Assembly (NCBI GenBank): GCA_964016885.1
Contig: OZ024741.1
Coordinates: forward strand, 107,570,001 to 107,634,000
DNA length: 64,000 bases
Direction: 5' to 3'
Source of the DNA: Eledone cirrhosa
Taxonomy: Eukaryota
Shown here: piece after piece, positions 38,690 to 56,100 of the stretch
Layout: every line of letters begins with the position of its first letter
How positions within the stretch are numbered: position 1 is the stretch's first letter
Translations under genes and position numbers: made by a program
The notes under the pieces: model-generated
Database searches by the model: none
Told to the model about the DNA's origin: nothing
The model's input: the letters and a program-made list of their open reading frames with translations, nothing else

Positions 38690-41100
38690 AATATCTACAT
38701 GTCTGCTCAATATAACCCTCACCCCACGTTTCCACACAAAGCATTTCTACTAATTTCCTCACTTCTTAGTTTCCACTTCTCGAATGATCCACAATTCCGG
38801 ACAAACATCTTACCCCCAGGCGTTACATTTCTCTTTCTCACCACCTCTATATCTAACCCTCCAATCAACCTCTATTTCGAACCATCCAGTCCCCCATTAC
38901 CTCTTCTATTCACCATCCAACCCACCTCAACAGCTAACAATCCAACCCACCTCTAAAGATAACCATCCAACACAACTCTACAGCTAACCATCCAACCTAC
39001 CACTACACCTAACCATCCAATCCTCCTCTATAACTAACCATCCAGCCAACCTCTACACTTAACCATCCATTTAACCACGGCAACAACCAGCCTTTCCCTC
39101 TCTTACATAACCCCCCTGTTCATATCTACCATCTACACTTAACTATAAAACCCTCCTCTTTATCTAACCATCCAGTTCACCACTACACCTAACCAGACAT
39201 GTCTCCTCTACATGCAGCCATAGAATTCGGCATTACACCTAACCACCCACTCCACCTCCACACCTAACCCCCCTGGCCGCCTTTGCAACCAACCATCCAA
39301 CACTTAACTATGTAGTTCACCGCTACATCTAGTCATCCAGTTCACCTCTTCACCTAACTATCCATTCCACCTCTACACTTAACCATCCATTCCACCACTA
39401 CAACTAACCAGCCTTTTCCTCTCTTACTTAACCATCCAGTTCACATCTACCATCTACACTTAACTATACAATGCACCTCCTTACCTAACCATCCAGTGCA
39501 CCACTTCACCTAACTATCCATTCCACCGCTACACATAACCATCCAACCGTCCTATACACCTAAACCCCAACCGTCCTTTACACCTAACCATGAAGTCCAC
39601 CACTAAATCTAACCACCCACTCCATCACTACGCTATATCTAACCATCCAGCTCATCTCTACACGTAACACACCAATTAATTCACCACTACAACTAACCAT
39701 CCAGTTCACTTCTACACCTAGCCATCCAGTCCACCTCTAGACCTAACCAACCAGTCATCCTCTACACCTAATCATCCAGTTCACCCTACACTTAACCATC
39801 CACCCCACCTCTACACATAACCCTCCAACCCATCTCTACACCTAACCATCCACCCATCCTCTACGCCTAACCAACCACCCCACCTCCACACCTAACCATC
39901 CAACCCCCATCTACACGTAACCATCCAACGCATCTCTACACATAACCATCCACCCTACCTCTACACCTAACCATCAACCCCACCTCAACAACTAACCATC
40001 CACCCCACCTCTACACTTAACCATCCACCTCACCTCTACAACTAACCATGCACCCCAACTCTACAACTAACCAGCCACCCCACCTCTACACTTAACCATC
40101 CACCCCACCTCTACAACTAACCATCCACCCCACCTTTACACATAACCATCCACCCCACCTCTAAACCTAACCATCCACCCCACCTCTAAACCTAACCAAC
40201 TAGTCATTATCTACACCTAACCATCCACCCCACTTCTAAACCTAACCAACCAGTCATTATCTACACCTAACCATCCAACCCAACTCTAAACCTAACCATC
40301 CATCCCAACTTAATCTTAACCATCCATCCCAACTTTACACCTAACCATCCACCCCACTTCTGCACCTAACCATCCTCGCCACCTCTACACCTAAACATCC
40401 ACCCCTACACCTAGCCATCCAGTTCAGCTCTACACCTAACCATCCACTCCAACTCTACACCTAGCCATCCACCCCATCTCTACACCTAACCATCCAACCC
40501 ATCTCTGCACCTAACCATCCATCCAAACTTTACACCTAAACATCCAGTCCCCCACAACATCTAACCATCCAACTCTCCTTTCCATTAACCAATTTGTTCC
40601 CTTCTTGGCCTAACCATCATTTTCTCTTCGACATCTAACTACCTAACTTACCCCTACACGTAACCAGCCAGTCCACCTCTTCAAATTACCATTTAGCCCC
40701 CCTCTAACCCAACTTAACAGTTAAGCTCTACACCTAACCATCCAACCCCCTCTACACCAAACCATCCGGTCCAACTCTACACCTAACCATCGAACGCCCT
40801 CTACACCTAACCATCCGGTCCAACTCTACAACTAACCATCCAGTCCAACACTACACCTAACCATCCAACGCCCTCTACGCCTAACCATCCGGTCCAACTC
40901 TACACCTAACCATCCGGTCCAACTCTACACCTAACTATCCGGTCTAACTCTACACCTAACCATCCAACGCCCTCTACACACAGCCACACATTCAGGTCTA
41001 CACAAAAACATCCTGTCCAGCTCTGTACATAACAATCCAACCCCCCTCAAAACCTAACCATCCAACCCCTTCTAAACCTTACCATCCAGTCCACCTCTAC
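38690..41100. repeat. Diverged edge of the 25-bp satellite
   Basis: ctacacctaaccatcca-type monomers with many substitutions and indels. Confidence 0.9.
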
Positions 41101-44100
41101 ACCTGACCATCCATTTCACCACTACACTTAACCATCCAATTCACCACTACACCTAACCACCCAGTTCACCACTATACCTAACCATCTAGTTCACCACTAC
41201 ACCTAACCACCCAGTTCACCACTACACCTAACCATCTAGTTAACCACTACAGCTAACCATCTAGTTCACCACTACACCTAACCATCTAGTTCACCACTAC
41301 ACCTAACCATCTAGTTCACCACTACACCTAACCATCCAATTCACCACTACAGCTAACCATCTAGTTCACCACTACACCTAACCATCTAGTTCACCACTAC
41401 ACCTAACCATCCAATTCACCACTACAGCTAACCATCTAGTTCACCACTACACCTAACCATCTAGTTCACCACTACACCTAACCATCTAGTTCACCACTAC
41501 ACCTAACCACCCAGTTCACCACTACACCTAACCATCTAGTTCACCACTACACCTAACCATCCAATTCACCACTACAGCTAACCATCTAGTTCACCACTAC
41601 ACCTAACCATCTAGTTCACCACTACACCTAACCATCTAGTTCACCACTACACCTAACCATCTCGTTCACCACTACACCTAACCATCCAATTCACCACTAC
41701 AGCTAACCATCTAGTTCACCACTACACCTAACCATCTAGTTCACCACTACACCTAACCATCCAATTCACCACTACACCTAACCATCTAGTTCACCACTAC
41801 ACCTAACCATCTAGTTCACCACTACACCTAACCATCTCGTTCACCACTACACCTAACCATCCAATTCACCACTACAGCTAACCATCTAGTTCACCACTAC
41901 ACCTAACCATCTAGTTCACCACTACACCTAACCATCCAATTCACCACTACACCTAACCATCTAGTTCACCACTACACCTAACCATCTAGTTCACCACTAC
42001 ACCTAACCATCTAGTTCACCACTACACCTAACCATCCAATTCACCACTACAGCTAACCATCTAGTTCACCACTACACCTAACCATCTAGTTCACCACTAC
42101 ACCTAACCATCCAATTCACCACTACACCTAACCATCTAGTTCACCACTACACCTAACCATCTAGTTCACCACTACACCTAACCACCCAGTTCACCACTAC
42201 ACCTAACCATCTAGTTCACCACTACACCTAACCATCTAGTTCACCACTACACCTAACCATCTAGTTCACCACTACACCTAACCATATAGTTCACCACTAC
42301 ACCTAACCATCTAGTTCACCACTACACCTAACCACCCAGTTCACCACTACACCTAACCATCTAGTTCACCACTACACCTAACCATCTAGTTCACCACTAC
42401 ACCTAACCATATAGTTCACCACTACACCTAACCATCTAGTTCACCACTACACCTAACCATCTAGTTCACCACTACATCTAACCACCCAGTTCACCACTAC
42501 ACCTAACCATCTAGTTCACCACTACACCTAACCATCTAGTTCACCACTACACCTAACCACACAGTTCACCACTACACCTAACCATCTAGTTCACCACTAC
42601 ACCTAACCATCTAGTTCACCACTACACCTAACCATCTAGTTCACCACTACACCTAACCATCCAATTCACCACCACACCTAACCATCCAATTCACCACTAC
42701 ACCTAAACATCCAATTCACCACTACACCTAAACATCCAATTCACCACTACACCTAACCATCTAGTTCACCACTACACCTAACCATCCAATTCACCAATAC
42801 ACCTAACCATCTAGTTAACCACTACACCTAACCATCTAGTTCACCACTACAGCTAACCATCTAGTTCACCACTACACCTAACCATCTAGTTCACCACTAC
42901 ACCTAACCATCTAGTTCACAACTACACCTAACCACCCAGTTCACCACTACACCTAACCATCTAGTTCACCACTACACCTAACCACCCAGTTCACCACTAC
43001 ACCTAACCATCTAGTTCACCACTACACCTAACCATCCAATTCACCACTACAGCTAACCATCTAGTTCACCACTACACCTAACCATCTAGTTCACCACTAC
43101 ACCTAACCATCTAGTTCACAACTACACCTAACCATCTAGTTCACCACTACACCTAACCATCTAGTTCACCACTACACCTAACCATCTAGTTCACCACTAC
43201 ACCTAACCATCTAGTTCAGCACTAAACCTAACCATCCAATTCACCACTACACCTAATCATCTAGTTCACCACTACACCTAACCACCCAATTCACCACTAC
43301 ACCTAACCATCTAGTTCACCACTACACCTAACCATCTAGTTCACCACTACACCTAACCATCTAGTTCACCACTACACCTAACCATCCAATTCACCACTAC
43401 ACCTAACCATCTAGTTCACCACTACACCTAACCATCCAATTCACCACTACACCTAACCATCTAGTTCACCACTACACCTAACCATCTAGTTCACCACTAC
43501 ACCTAACCACCCAGTTCACCACTACACCTAACCATCTAGTTCACCACTACACCTAACCATCTAGTTCACCACTACACCTAACCATCTAGTTCACCACTAC
43601 ACCTAACCATATAGTTCACCACTACACCTAACCATCTAGTTCACCACTACACCTAACCACCCAGTTCACCACTACACCTAACCATCTAGTTCACCACTAC
43701 ACCTAACCATCTAGTTCACCACTACACCTAACCATATAGTTCACCACTACACCTAACCATCTAGTTCACCACTACACCTAACCATCTAGTTCACCACTAC
43801 ATCTAACCACCCAGTTCACCACTACACCTAACCATCTAGTTCACCACTACACCTAACCATCTAGTTCACCACTACACCTAACCACACAGTTCACCACTAC
43901 ACCTAACCATCTAGTTCACCACTACACCTAACCATCTAGTTCACCACTACACCTAACCATCTAGTTCACCACTACACCTAACCATCCAATTCACCACCAC
44001 ACCTAACCATCCAATTCACCACTACACCTAAACATCCAATTCACCACTACACCTAAACATCCAATTCACCACTACACCTAACCATCTAGTTCACCACTAC

Positions 44101-47100
44101 ACCTAACCATCCAATTCACCAATACACCTAACCATCTAGTTAACCACTACACCTAACCATCTAGTTCACCACTACAGCTAACCATCTAGTTCACCACTAC
44201 ACCTAACCATCTAGTTCACCACTACACCTAACCATCTAGTTCACAACTACACCTAACCACCCAGTTCACCACTACACCTAACCATCTAGTTCACCACTAC
44301 ACCTAACCACCCAGTTCACCACTACACCTAACCATCTAGTTCACCACTACACCTAACCATCCAATTCACCACTACAGCTAACCATCTAGTTCACCACTAC
44401 ACCTAACCATCTAGTTCACCACTACACCTAACCATCTAGTTCACAACTACACCTAACCATCTAGTTCACCACTACACCTAACCATCTAGTTCACCACTAC
44501 ACCTAACCATCTAGTTCACCACTACACCTAACCATCTAGTTCAGCACTAAACCTAACCATCCAATTCACCACTACACCTAATCATCTAGTTCACCACTAC
44601 ACCTAACCACCCAATTCACCACTACACCTAACCATCTAGTTCACCACTACACCTAACCATCTAGTTCACCACTACACCTAACCATCTAGTTCACCACTAC
44701 ACCTAACCATCCAATTCACCACTACACCTAACCATCTAGTTCACCACTACACCTAACCATCCAATTCACCACTACACCTAACCATCTAGTTCACCACTAC
44801 ACCTAACCACCCAGTTCACCACTACACCTAACCACCCAGTTCACCACTACACCTATCCATCTAGTTCACCACTACACCTAACCATCTAGTTCACAACTAC
44901 ACCTAACCATCCAATTCACCACTACAGCTAACCATCTAGTTCACCACTACGCCTAACCACCCAATTCACCACTACACCTAACCATCTAGTTCACCACTAC
45001 ACCTAACCATCTAGTTCACCACTACACCTAACCATCTAGTTCACCACTACACTTAACCATCCAATTCACCACTACACCTAACCACCTAGTTCACCACTAC
45101 AACTAACCATCCAATTCACCACTACACCTAACCATCTAGTTCACCACTACACCTAACCATCTAGTTCACCACTACACCTAACCATCTATTTCACCAATAT
45201 ACCTAGCCATCTAGTTCACCACTACACCTAACCACCCAGTTCACCACTACACCTAACCATCTAGTTCACCACTACACCTAACCATCTAGTTCACAACTAC
45301 ACCTAACCATCTAGTTCACCACTACACCTAACCACCCAGTTCACCACTACACCTAACCATCTAGTTAACCACTACAGCTAACCATCTAGTTCACCACTAC
45401 ACCTAACCATCTAGTTCACCACTACACCTAACCATCTAGTTCACCACTACAGCTAACCATCCAATTCACCACTACAGCTAACCATCTAGTTCACCACTAC
45501 ACCTAACCATCTAGTTCACCACTACACCTAACCATCCAATTCACCACTACAGCTAACCATCTAGTTCACCACTACACCTAACCATCTAGTTCACCACTAC
45601 ACCTAACCATCTAGTTCACCACTACACCTAACCACCCAGTTCACCACTACACCTAACCATCTAGTTCACCACTACACCTAACCATCCAATTCACCACTAC
45701 AGCTAACCATCTAGTTCACCACTACACCTAACCATCTAGTTCACCACTACACCTAACCATCTAGTTCACCACTACACCTAACCATCTAGTTCACCACTAC
45801 ACCTAACCATCCAATTCACCACTACAGCTAACCATCTAGTTCACCACTACACCTAACCATCTAGTTCACCACTACACCTAACCATCCAATTCACCACTAC
45901 ACCTAACCATCTAGTTCACCACTACACCTAACCATATAGTTCACCACTACACCTAACCATCTAGTTCACCACTACACCTAACCATCTAGTTCACCACTAC
46001 ACCTAACCACCCAGTTCACCACTACACCTAACCATCTAGTTCACCACTACACCTAACCATCTAGTTCACTACTACACCTAACCATCTAGTTCACCACTAC
46101 ACCTAACCACCCAGTTCACCACTACACCTAACCATCTAGTTCACCACTACACCTAACCATCTAGTTCACCACTACACCTAACCATCTAGTTCACCACTAC
46201 ACCTAACCATCCAATTCACCACCACACCTAACCATCCAATTCACCACTACACCTAAACATCCAATTCACCACTACAGCTAACCATCTAGTTCACCACTAC
46301 ACCTAACCATCTAGTTCACCACTACACCTAACCATCCAATTCACCACTACAGCTAACCATCTAGTTCACCACTACACCTAACCATCTAGTTCACCACTAC
46401 ACCTAACCATCCAATTCACCACTACACCTAACCATCTAGTTCACCACTACACCTAACCATCTAGTTCACCACTACACCTAACCATCTAGTTCACCACTAC
46501 ACCTAACCATCCAATTCACCACTACACCTAACCATCTAGTTCACCTCTACACCTAACCATCCAATCCACCACTACACCTAACCACCTAGTTCACCACTAC
46601 ACCTAACCACCCAGTTCACCACAACACCTAACCATCTAGTTCACCACTACACCTAACCACCCAGTTCACCACTACACCTAACCATCTAGTTCACCACTAC
46701 ACCTAACCATCTAGTTCACCACTACACCTAACCATCTAGTTCACCACTACACCTAACCATATAGTTCACCACTACACCTAACCATCTAGTTCACCACTAC
46801 ACCTAACCATCTAGTTCACCACTACACCTAACCACCCAGTTCACCACTACACCTAACCATCTAGTTCACCACTACACCTAACCATCTAGTTCACCACTAC
46901 ACCTAACCACCCAGTTCACCACTACACCTAACCATCTAGTTCACCACTACACCTAACCATCTAGTTCACCACTACACCTAACCATATAGTTCACCACTAC
47001 ACCTAACCATCTAGTTCACCACTACACCTAACCATCTAGTTCACCACTACACCTAACCACCCAGTTCACCACTACACCTAACCATCTAGTTCACCACTAC

Positions 47101-50100
47101 ACCTAACCATCTAGTTCACCACTACACCTAACCACCCAGTTCACCACTACACCTAACCATCTAGTTCACCACTACACCTAACCATCTAGTTCACCACTAC
47201 ACCTAACCATCTAGTTCACCACTACACCTAACCATCCAATTCACCACCACACCTAACCATCCAATTCACCACTACACCTAAACATCCAATTCACCACTAC
47301 ACCTAAACATCCAATTCACCACTACACCTAACCATCTAGTTCACCACTACACCTAACCATCCAATTCACCAATACACCTAACCATCTAGTTCACCACTAC
47401 ACCTAACCATCTAGTTCAGCACTACAGCTAACCATCTAGTTCACCACTACACCTAACCATCTAGTTCACCACTACACCTAACCATCTAGTTCACAACTAC
47501 ACCTAACCACCCAGTTCACCACTACACCTAACCATCTAGTTCACCACTACACCTAACCACCCAGTTCACCACTACACCTAACCATCTAGTTCACCACTAC
47601 ACCTAACCATCCAATTCACCACTACAGCTAACCATCTAGTTCACCACTACACCTAACCATCTAGTTCACCACTACACCTAACCATCTAGTTCACAACTAC
47701 ACCTAACCATCTAGTTCACCACTACACCTAACCATATAGTTCACCACTACACCTAACCATCTAGTTCACCACTACAGCTAACCATCTAGTTCACCACTAC
47801 ACCTAACCATCTAGTTCACCACTACACCTAACCACCCAGTTCACCACTACACCTAACCATCTAGTTCACCACTACACCTAACCATCTAGTTCACCACTAC
47901 ACCTAACCATCCAATTCACCACCACACCTAACCATCCAATTCACCACTACACCTAACCATCCAATTCACCACTACACCTAACCATCTAGTTCACCACTAC
48001 ACCTAACCATCCAATTCACCACTACACCTAACCATCTAGTTCACCACTACACCTAACCACCCAGTTCACCACTCCACCTAACCATCTAGTTCACCACTAC
48101 ACCTAACCACCCAGTTCACCACTACACCTAACCATCTAGTTCACCACTACACCTAACCATCCAATTCACCACTACAGCTAACCATCTAGTTCACCACTAC
48201 ACCTAACCATCTAGTTCACCACTACACCTAACCATCTAGTTCACAACTACACCTAACTATCTAGTTCACCACTACACCTAACCATCTAGTTCACCACTAC
48301 ACCTAACCATCTAGTTCACCACTACACCTAACCATCTAGTTCACCACTACACCTAACCATCCAATTCACCACTACACCTAATCATCTAGTTCACCACTAC
48401 ACCTAACCACCCAATTCACCACTACACCTAACCATCTAGTTAACCACTACACCTAACCATCTAGTTCACCACTACACCTAACCCCCTAGTTCACCACTAC
48501 ACCTAACCATCCAATTCACCACTACACCTAACCATCTAGTTCACCACTACACCTAACCATCCAATTCACCACTACACCTAACCATCTAGTTCACCACTAC
48601 ACCTAACCACCAAGTTCACCACTACACCTAACCACCCAGTTCACCACTACACCTACCATCTAGTTCACCACAACACCTAACCATCTAGTTCACAACTACA
48701 CCTAACCATCCAATTCACCACTACAGCTAACCATCTAGTTCACCACTACGCCTAACCACCCAATTCACCACTACACCTAACCATCTAGTTCACCACTACA
48801 CCTAACCATCTAGTTCACCACTACACTTAACCATCTAGTTCACGACTACACTTAACCATCCAATTCACCACTACACCTAACCACCTAGTTCACCACTACA
48901 ACTAACCATCCAATTCACCACTACACCTAACCATCTAGTTCACCACTACACCTAACCATCTAGTTCACCACTACACCTAACCATCTATTTCACCACTACA
49001 CCTAGCCATCTAGTTCACCACTACACCTAACCATCCAATTCACCACAACACCTAACCATCTAGTTCATCACTACACCTAACCATCCAGTTCACCACTACA
49101 CCTAACCATCTAGTTCACCACTACACCTAGCCATCTAGTTCACCACTACACCTAACCATCCAATTCACCACAACACCTAACCATCTAGTTCACCACTACA
49201 CCTAACCATCTAGTTCACCACTACACCTAGCCATCTAGTTCACCACTACACCTAACCATCCAATTCACCACAACACCTAACGATCTAGTTCACCACTACA
49301 CCTAACCATCCAGTTCACCACTACACCTAGCCATCTAGTTCACCACTACACCTAACCATCCAATTCACCACAACACCTAACCATCTAGTTCACCACTACA
49401 ACTAACCATCCAGTTCACCACTACACCTAGCTATCTAGTTCACCACTACACCTAACCATCCAATTCACCACTACACCTAACCATCTAGTTCACCACTACA
49501 CCTAACCATCCAATTCACCACTACACCTAGCCATCTAGTTCACCACTACACCTAACCATCCAATTCACCACTACACCTAACCATCTAGTTCACCTCTACA
49601 CCTAACCATCCAATCCACCACTACACCTAACCACCTAGTTCACCACTACACCTAACCACCCAGTTCACCACAACACCTAGCCATCTAGTTCACCACTACA
49701 CCTAACCATCCAATTCACCACTACACCTAACCACCTAGTTTACCACTACACCTAACCATCCAATTCACCACTACACCTAACCATCTAGTTCACCACTACA
49801 CCTAACCATCCAATTCACCACTACACCTAACCATCTAGTTCACCACTACACCTAACCATCCAATTCACCACTACACCTAACCATCCAATTCACCACTACA
49901 CCTAACCATCTATTTCACCACTACACCTAACCATCCAATCCACCACTACACCTAACCACCTAGTTCACCACTACACCTAATCACCCAGTTCACCACTACA
50001 CCTAGCCATCTAGTTCACCACTACACCTAACCATCCAATTCACCACTACACCTAACCATCTAGTTCACCACTACACCTAACCATCCAATTCACCACTACA

Positions 50101-53100
50101 CATAACCATCTAATTCACCACTACACCTAACCATCTAGTTCACCACTACACCTAACCATCTAGTTCACCACTACACCTAACCATCTAGTTCACCACTACA
50201 CCTAACCATTCAGTTCACCACTACACCTAACCATCTAGTTCACCACAACACCTAACCACCCAGTTCACCACTACACCTAACCACCCAGTTCACCACTACA
50301 CCTAACCATCTAGTTCACCACTACACCTAACCATCTAGTTCACCACTACACCTAACCATCCAATTCACCACTACAGCTAACCATCTAGTTCACCACTACA
50401 CCTAACCATCTAGTTCACCACTACACCTAACCATCTAGTTCACCACTACACTTAACCATCCAATTCACCACTACACCTAACCACCTAGTTCACCACTACA
50501 CCTAACCATCCAATTCACCACTACACCTAACCATCTAGTTCACCACTACACCTAACCATCTAGTTCACCACTACACCTAACCATCTAGTTCACCACTACA
50601 CCTAGCCATCTAGTTCACCACTACACCTAACCATCCAATTCACCACAACACCTAACCATCTAGTTCACCACTACACCTAATCATCCAGTTCACCACTACA
50701 CCTAACCATCTAGTTCACCACTACACCTAGCCATCTAGTTCACCACTACACCTAACCATCCAATTCACCACAACACCTAACCATCTAGTTCACCACTACA
50801 CCTAACCATCTAGTTCACCACTACACCTAGCCATCTAGTTCACCACTACACCTAACCATCCAATTCACCACAACACCTAACGATCTAGTTCACCACTACA
50901 CCTAACCATCCAGTTCACCACTATACCTAGCCATCTAGTTCACCACTACACCTAACCATCCAATTCACCACAACACCTAACCATCTAGTTCACCACTACA
51001 CCTAACTATTCAGTTCACCACTACACCTAGCCATCTAGTTCACCACTACACCTAACCATCCAATTCACCACTACACCTAACCATCTAGTTCACCACTACA
51101 CCTAACCATCCAATTCACCACTACACCTAACCATCTAGTTCACCACTACACCTAACCATCCAATTCACCACTACACCGAACCTTCTAGTTCACCACTACA
51201 CCTAACCATCCAATCCACCACTACACCTAACCACCTAGTTCACCACTACACCTAACCACCCAGTTCACCACTACACCTAGCCATCTAGTTCACCACTACA
51301 CCTAACCATCCAATTCACCACTACACCTAACCATCTAGTTCACCACTACACCTAACCATCCAATCCACCACTACACCTAACCACCTAGTTCACCACTACA
51401 CCTAACCACCCAGTTCACCACTACACCTAGCCATCTAGTTCACCACTACACCTAACCATCCAATTCACCACTACACCTAACCACCTAGTTTACCACTACA
51501 CCTAACCATCCAATTCACCACTACACCTAACCATCTAGTTCACCACTACACCTAACCATCCAATTCACCACTACACCTAACCACCTAGTTCACCACTAAA
51601 CCTAACTATCCAATTCACCACTACACCTAACCATCTAGTTCACCACTACACCTAACCATCCAATCCACCACTACACCTAACCACCTAGTTCACCACTACA
51701 CCTAACCATCTAGTTCACCACTACACCTAACCATCCAATTCACCACTACACCTAACCATCTAGTTCACCACTACACCTAACCATCTAGTTCACCACTACA
51801 CCTAACCACCCAGTTCACCACTACACATAACCATCTAGTTCACCACTGCACCTAACCATCTAGTTCACCACTACACCTAACCATCTAGTTCACCACTACA
51901 CCTAACCATTCAGTTCACCACTACACCTAACCATCTAGTTCACCACTACACCTAACGATCTAGTTCACCACTACACCTAACCATCTAGTTCACCACTACA
52001 CCTAACCATCTAGTTCACCACTACACCTAACCATCTAGTTCACCACTACACCTAACGATCTAGTTCACCACTACACCTAACCATCCTGCTCACCACTACA
52101 CCTAACCACCCAGTTCACCACTACACCTAACCATCCAATTCACCATTACACCTAACCATCTAGTTCACCACTACACCTAACCATCTAGTTCACCACCACA
52201 CCTAACCATCCAATTCACCATTACACCTAACCATCTAGTTCACCACTACACCTAACCATCTAGTTCACCACTACACCTAACCATCTAGTTCACCACTACA
52301 CCTAACCATCCAATTCACCACTACACCTAACCATCTAGTTCACCACTACACCTAACCATCCAATCCACCACTACACCTAACCACCTAGTTCACCACTACA
52401 CCTAACCATCCAATTCACCACTACACCTAACCATCTAGTTCACCACTACACCTAACCATCCAATCCACCACTACACCTAACCACCTAGTTCACCACTACA
52501 CCTAACCATCCAATTCACCACTACACCTAACCACCTAGTTCACCACTAAACCTAACTATCCAATTCACCACTACACCTAACCATCTAGTTCACCACTACA
52601 CCTAACCATCCAATTCACCACTACAGCTAACCATCTAGTTCACCACTACACCTAACCATCTAGTTCACCACTACACCTAACCATCCAATTCACCACTACA
52701 CCTAACCATCTAGTTCACCACTACACCTAACCATCTAGTTCACCACTACACCTAACCACCCAGTTCACCACTACACCTAACCATCTAGTTCACCACTACA
52801 CCTAACCATCTAGTTCACCACTACACCTAACCATCTAGTTCACCACTACACCTAACCATATAGTTCACCACTACACCTAACCATCTAGTTCACCACTACA
52901 CCTAACCATCTAGTTCACCACTACACCTAACCACCCAGTTCACCACTACACCTAACCATCTAGTTCACCACTACACCTAACCATCTAGTTCACCACTACA
53001 CCTAACCACCCAGTTCACCACTACACCTAACCATCTAGTTCACCACTACACCTAACCATCTAGTTCACCACTACACCTAACCATATAGTTCACCACTACA

Positions 53101-56100
53101 CCTAACCATCTAGTTCACCACTACACCTAACCATCTAGTTCACCACTACACCTAACCACCCAGTTCACCACTACACCTAACCATCTAGTTCACCACTACA
53201 CCTAACCATCTAGTTCACCACTACACCTAACCACCCAGTTCACCACTACACCTAACCATCTAGTTCACCACTACACCTAACCATCTAGTTCACCACTACA
53301 CCTAACCATCTAGTTCACCACTACACCTAACCATCCAATTCACCACCACACCTAACCATCCAATTCACCACTACACCTAAACATCCAATTCACCACTACA
53401 CCTAAACATCCAATTCACCACTACACCTAACCATCTAGTTCACCACTACACCTAACCATCCAATTCACCAATACACCTAACCATCTAGTTCACAACTACA
53501 CCTAACCATCTAGTTCACCACTACAGCTAACCATCTAGTTCACCACTACACCTAACCATCTAGTTAACCACTACACCTAACCATCTAGTTCACAACTACA
53601 CCTAACCACCCAGTTCACCACTACACATAACCATCTAGTTCACCACTACACCTAGCCACCCAGTTCACCACTACACCTAACCATCTAGTTCACCACTACA
53701 CCTAACCATCCAATTCACCACTACAGCTAACCATCTAGTTCACCACTACACCTAACCATCTAGTTCACCACTACACCTAACCATCTAGTTCACAACTACA
53801 CCTAACCATCTAGTTCACCACTACACCTAACCATATAGTTCACCACTACACCTAACCATCTAGTTCACCACTACAGCTAACCATCTAGTTCACCACTACA
53901 CCTAACCATCTAGTTCACCACTACACCTAACCACCCAGTTCACCACTACACCTAACCATCTAGTTCACCACTACACCTAACCATCTAGTTCACCACTACA
54001 CCTAACCATCCAATTCACCACCACACCTAACCATCCAATTCACCACTACACCTAACCATCCAATTCACCACTACACCTAACCATCTAGTTCACCACTACA
54101 CCTAACCATCCAATTCACCACTACACCTAACCATCTAGTTCACCACTACACCTAACCACCCAGTTCACCACTACACCTAACCATCTAGTTCACCACTACA
54201 CCTAACCACCCAGTTCACCACTACACCTAACCATCTAGTTCACCACTACACCTAACCATCCAATTCACCACTACAGCTAACCATCTAGTTCAGCACTACA
54301 CCTAACCATCTAGTTCACCACTACACCTAACCATCTAGTTCACAACTACACCTAACTATCTAGTTCACCACTACACCTAACCATCTAGTTCACCACTACA
54401 CCTAACCATCTAGTTCACCACTACACCTAACCATCTAGTTCACCACTACACCTAACCATCCAATTCACCACTACACCTAATCATCTAGTTCACCACTACA
54501 CCTAACCACCCAATTCACCACTACACCTAACCATCTAGTTAACCACTACACCTAACCATCTAGTTCACCACTACACCTAACCACCTAGTTCACCACTACA
54601 CCTAACCATCCAATTCACCACTACACCTAACCATCTAGTTCACCACTACACCTAACCATCCAATTCACCACTACACCTAACCATCTAGTTCACCACTACA
54701 CCTAACCACCCAGTTCACCACTACACCTAACCACCCAGTTCACCACTACACCTACCATCTAGTTCACCACTACACCTAACCATCTAGTTCACAACTACAC
54801 CTAACCATCCAATTCACCACTACAGCTAACCATCTAGTTCACCACTACGCCTAACCACCCAATTCACCACTACACCTAACCATCTAGTTCACCACTACAC
54901 CTAACCATCTAGTTCACCACTACACTTAACCATCTAGTTCACGACTACACTTAACCATCCAATTCACCACTACACCTAACCACCTAGTTCACCACTACAA
55001 CTAACCATCCAATTCACCACTACACCTAACCATCTAGTTCACCACTACACCTAACCATCTAGTTCACCACTACACCTAACCATCTATTTCACCACTACAC
55101 CTAGCCATCTAGTTCACCACTACACCTAACCATCCAATTCACCACAACACCTAACCATCTAGTTCATCACTACACCTAACCATCCAGTTCACCACTACAC
55201 CTAACCATCTAGTTCACCACTACACCTAGCCATCTAGTTCACCACTACACCTAACCATCCAATTCACCACAACACCTAACCATCTAGTTCACCACTACAC
55301 CTAACCATCTAGTTCACCACTACACCTAGCCATCTAGTTCACCACTACACCTAACCATCCAATTCACCACAACACCTAACGATCTAGTTCACCACTACAC
55401 CTAACCATCCAGTTCACCACTACACCTAGCCATCTAGTTCACCACTACACCTAACCATCCAATTCACCACAACACCTAACCATCTAGTTCACCACTACAA
55501 CTAACCATCCAGTTCACCACTACACCTAGCTATCTAGTTCACCACTACACCTAACCATCCAATTCACCACTACACCTAACCATCTAGTTCACCACTACAC
55601 CTAACCATCCAATTCACCACTACACCTAGCCATCTAGTTCACCACTACACCTAACCATCCAATTCACCACTACACCTAACCATCTAGTTCACCTCTACAC
55701 CTAACCATCCAATCCACCACTACACCTAACCACCTAGTTCACCACTACACCTAACCACCCAGTTCACCACAACACCTAGCCATCTAGTTCACCACTACAC
55801 CTAACCATCCAATTCACCACTACACCTAACCACCTAGTTTACCACTACACCTAACCATCCAATTCACCACTACACCTAACCATCTAGTTCACCACTACAC
55901 CTAACCATCCAATTCACCACTACACCTAACCATCTAGTTCACCACTACACCTAACCATCCAATTCACCACTACACCTAACCATCCAATTCACCACTACAC
56001 CTAACCATCTATTTCACCACTACACCTAACCATCCAATCCACCACTACACCTAACCACCTAGTTCACCACTACACATAATCACCCAGTTCACCACTACAC

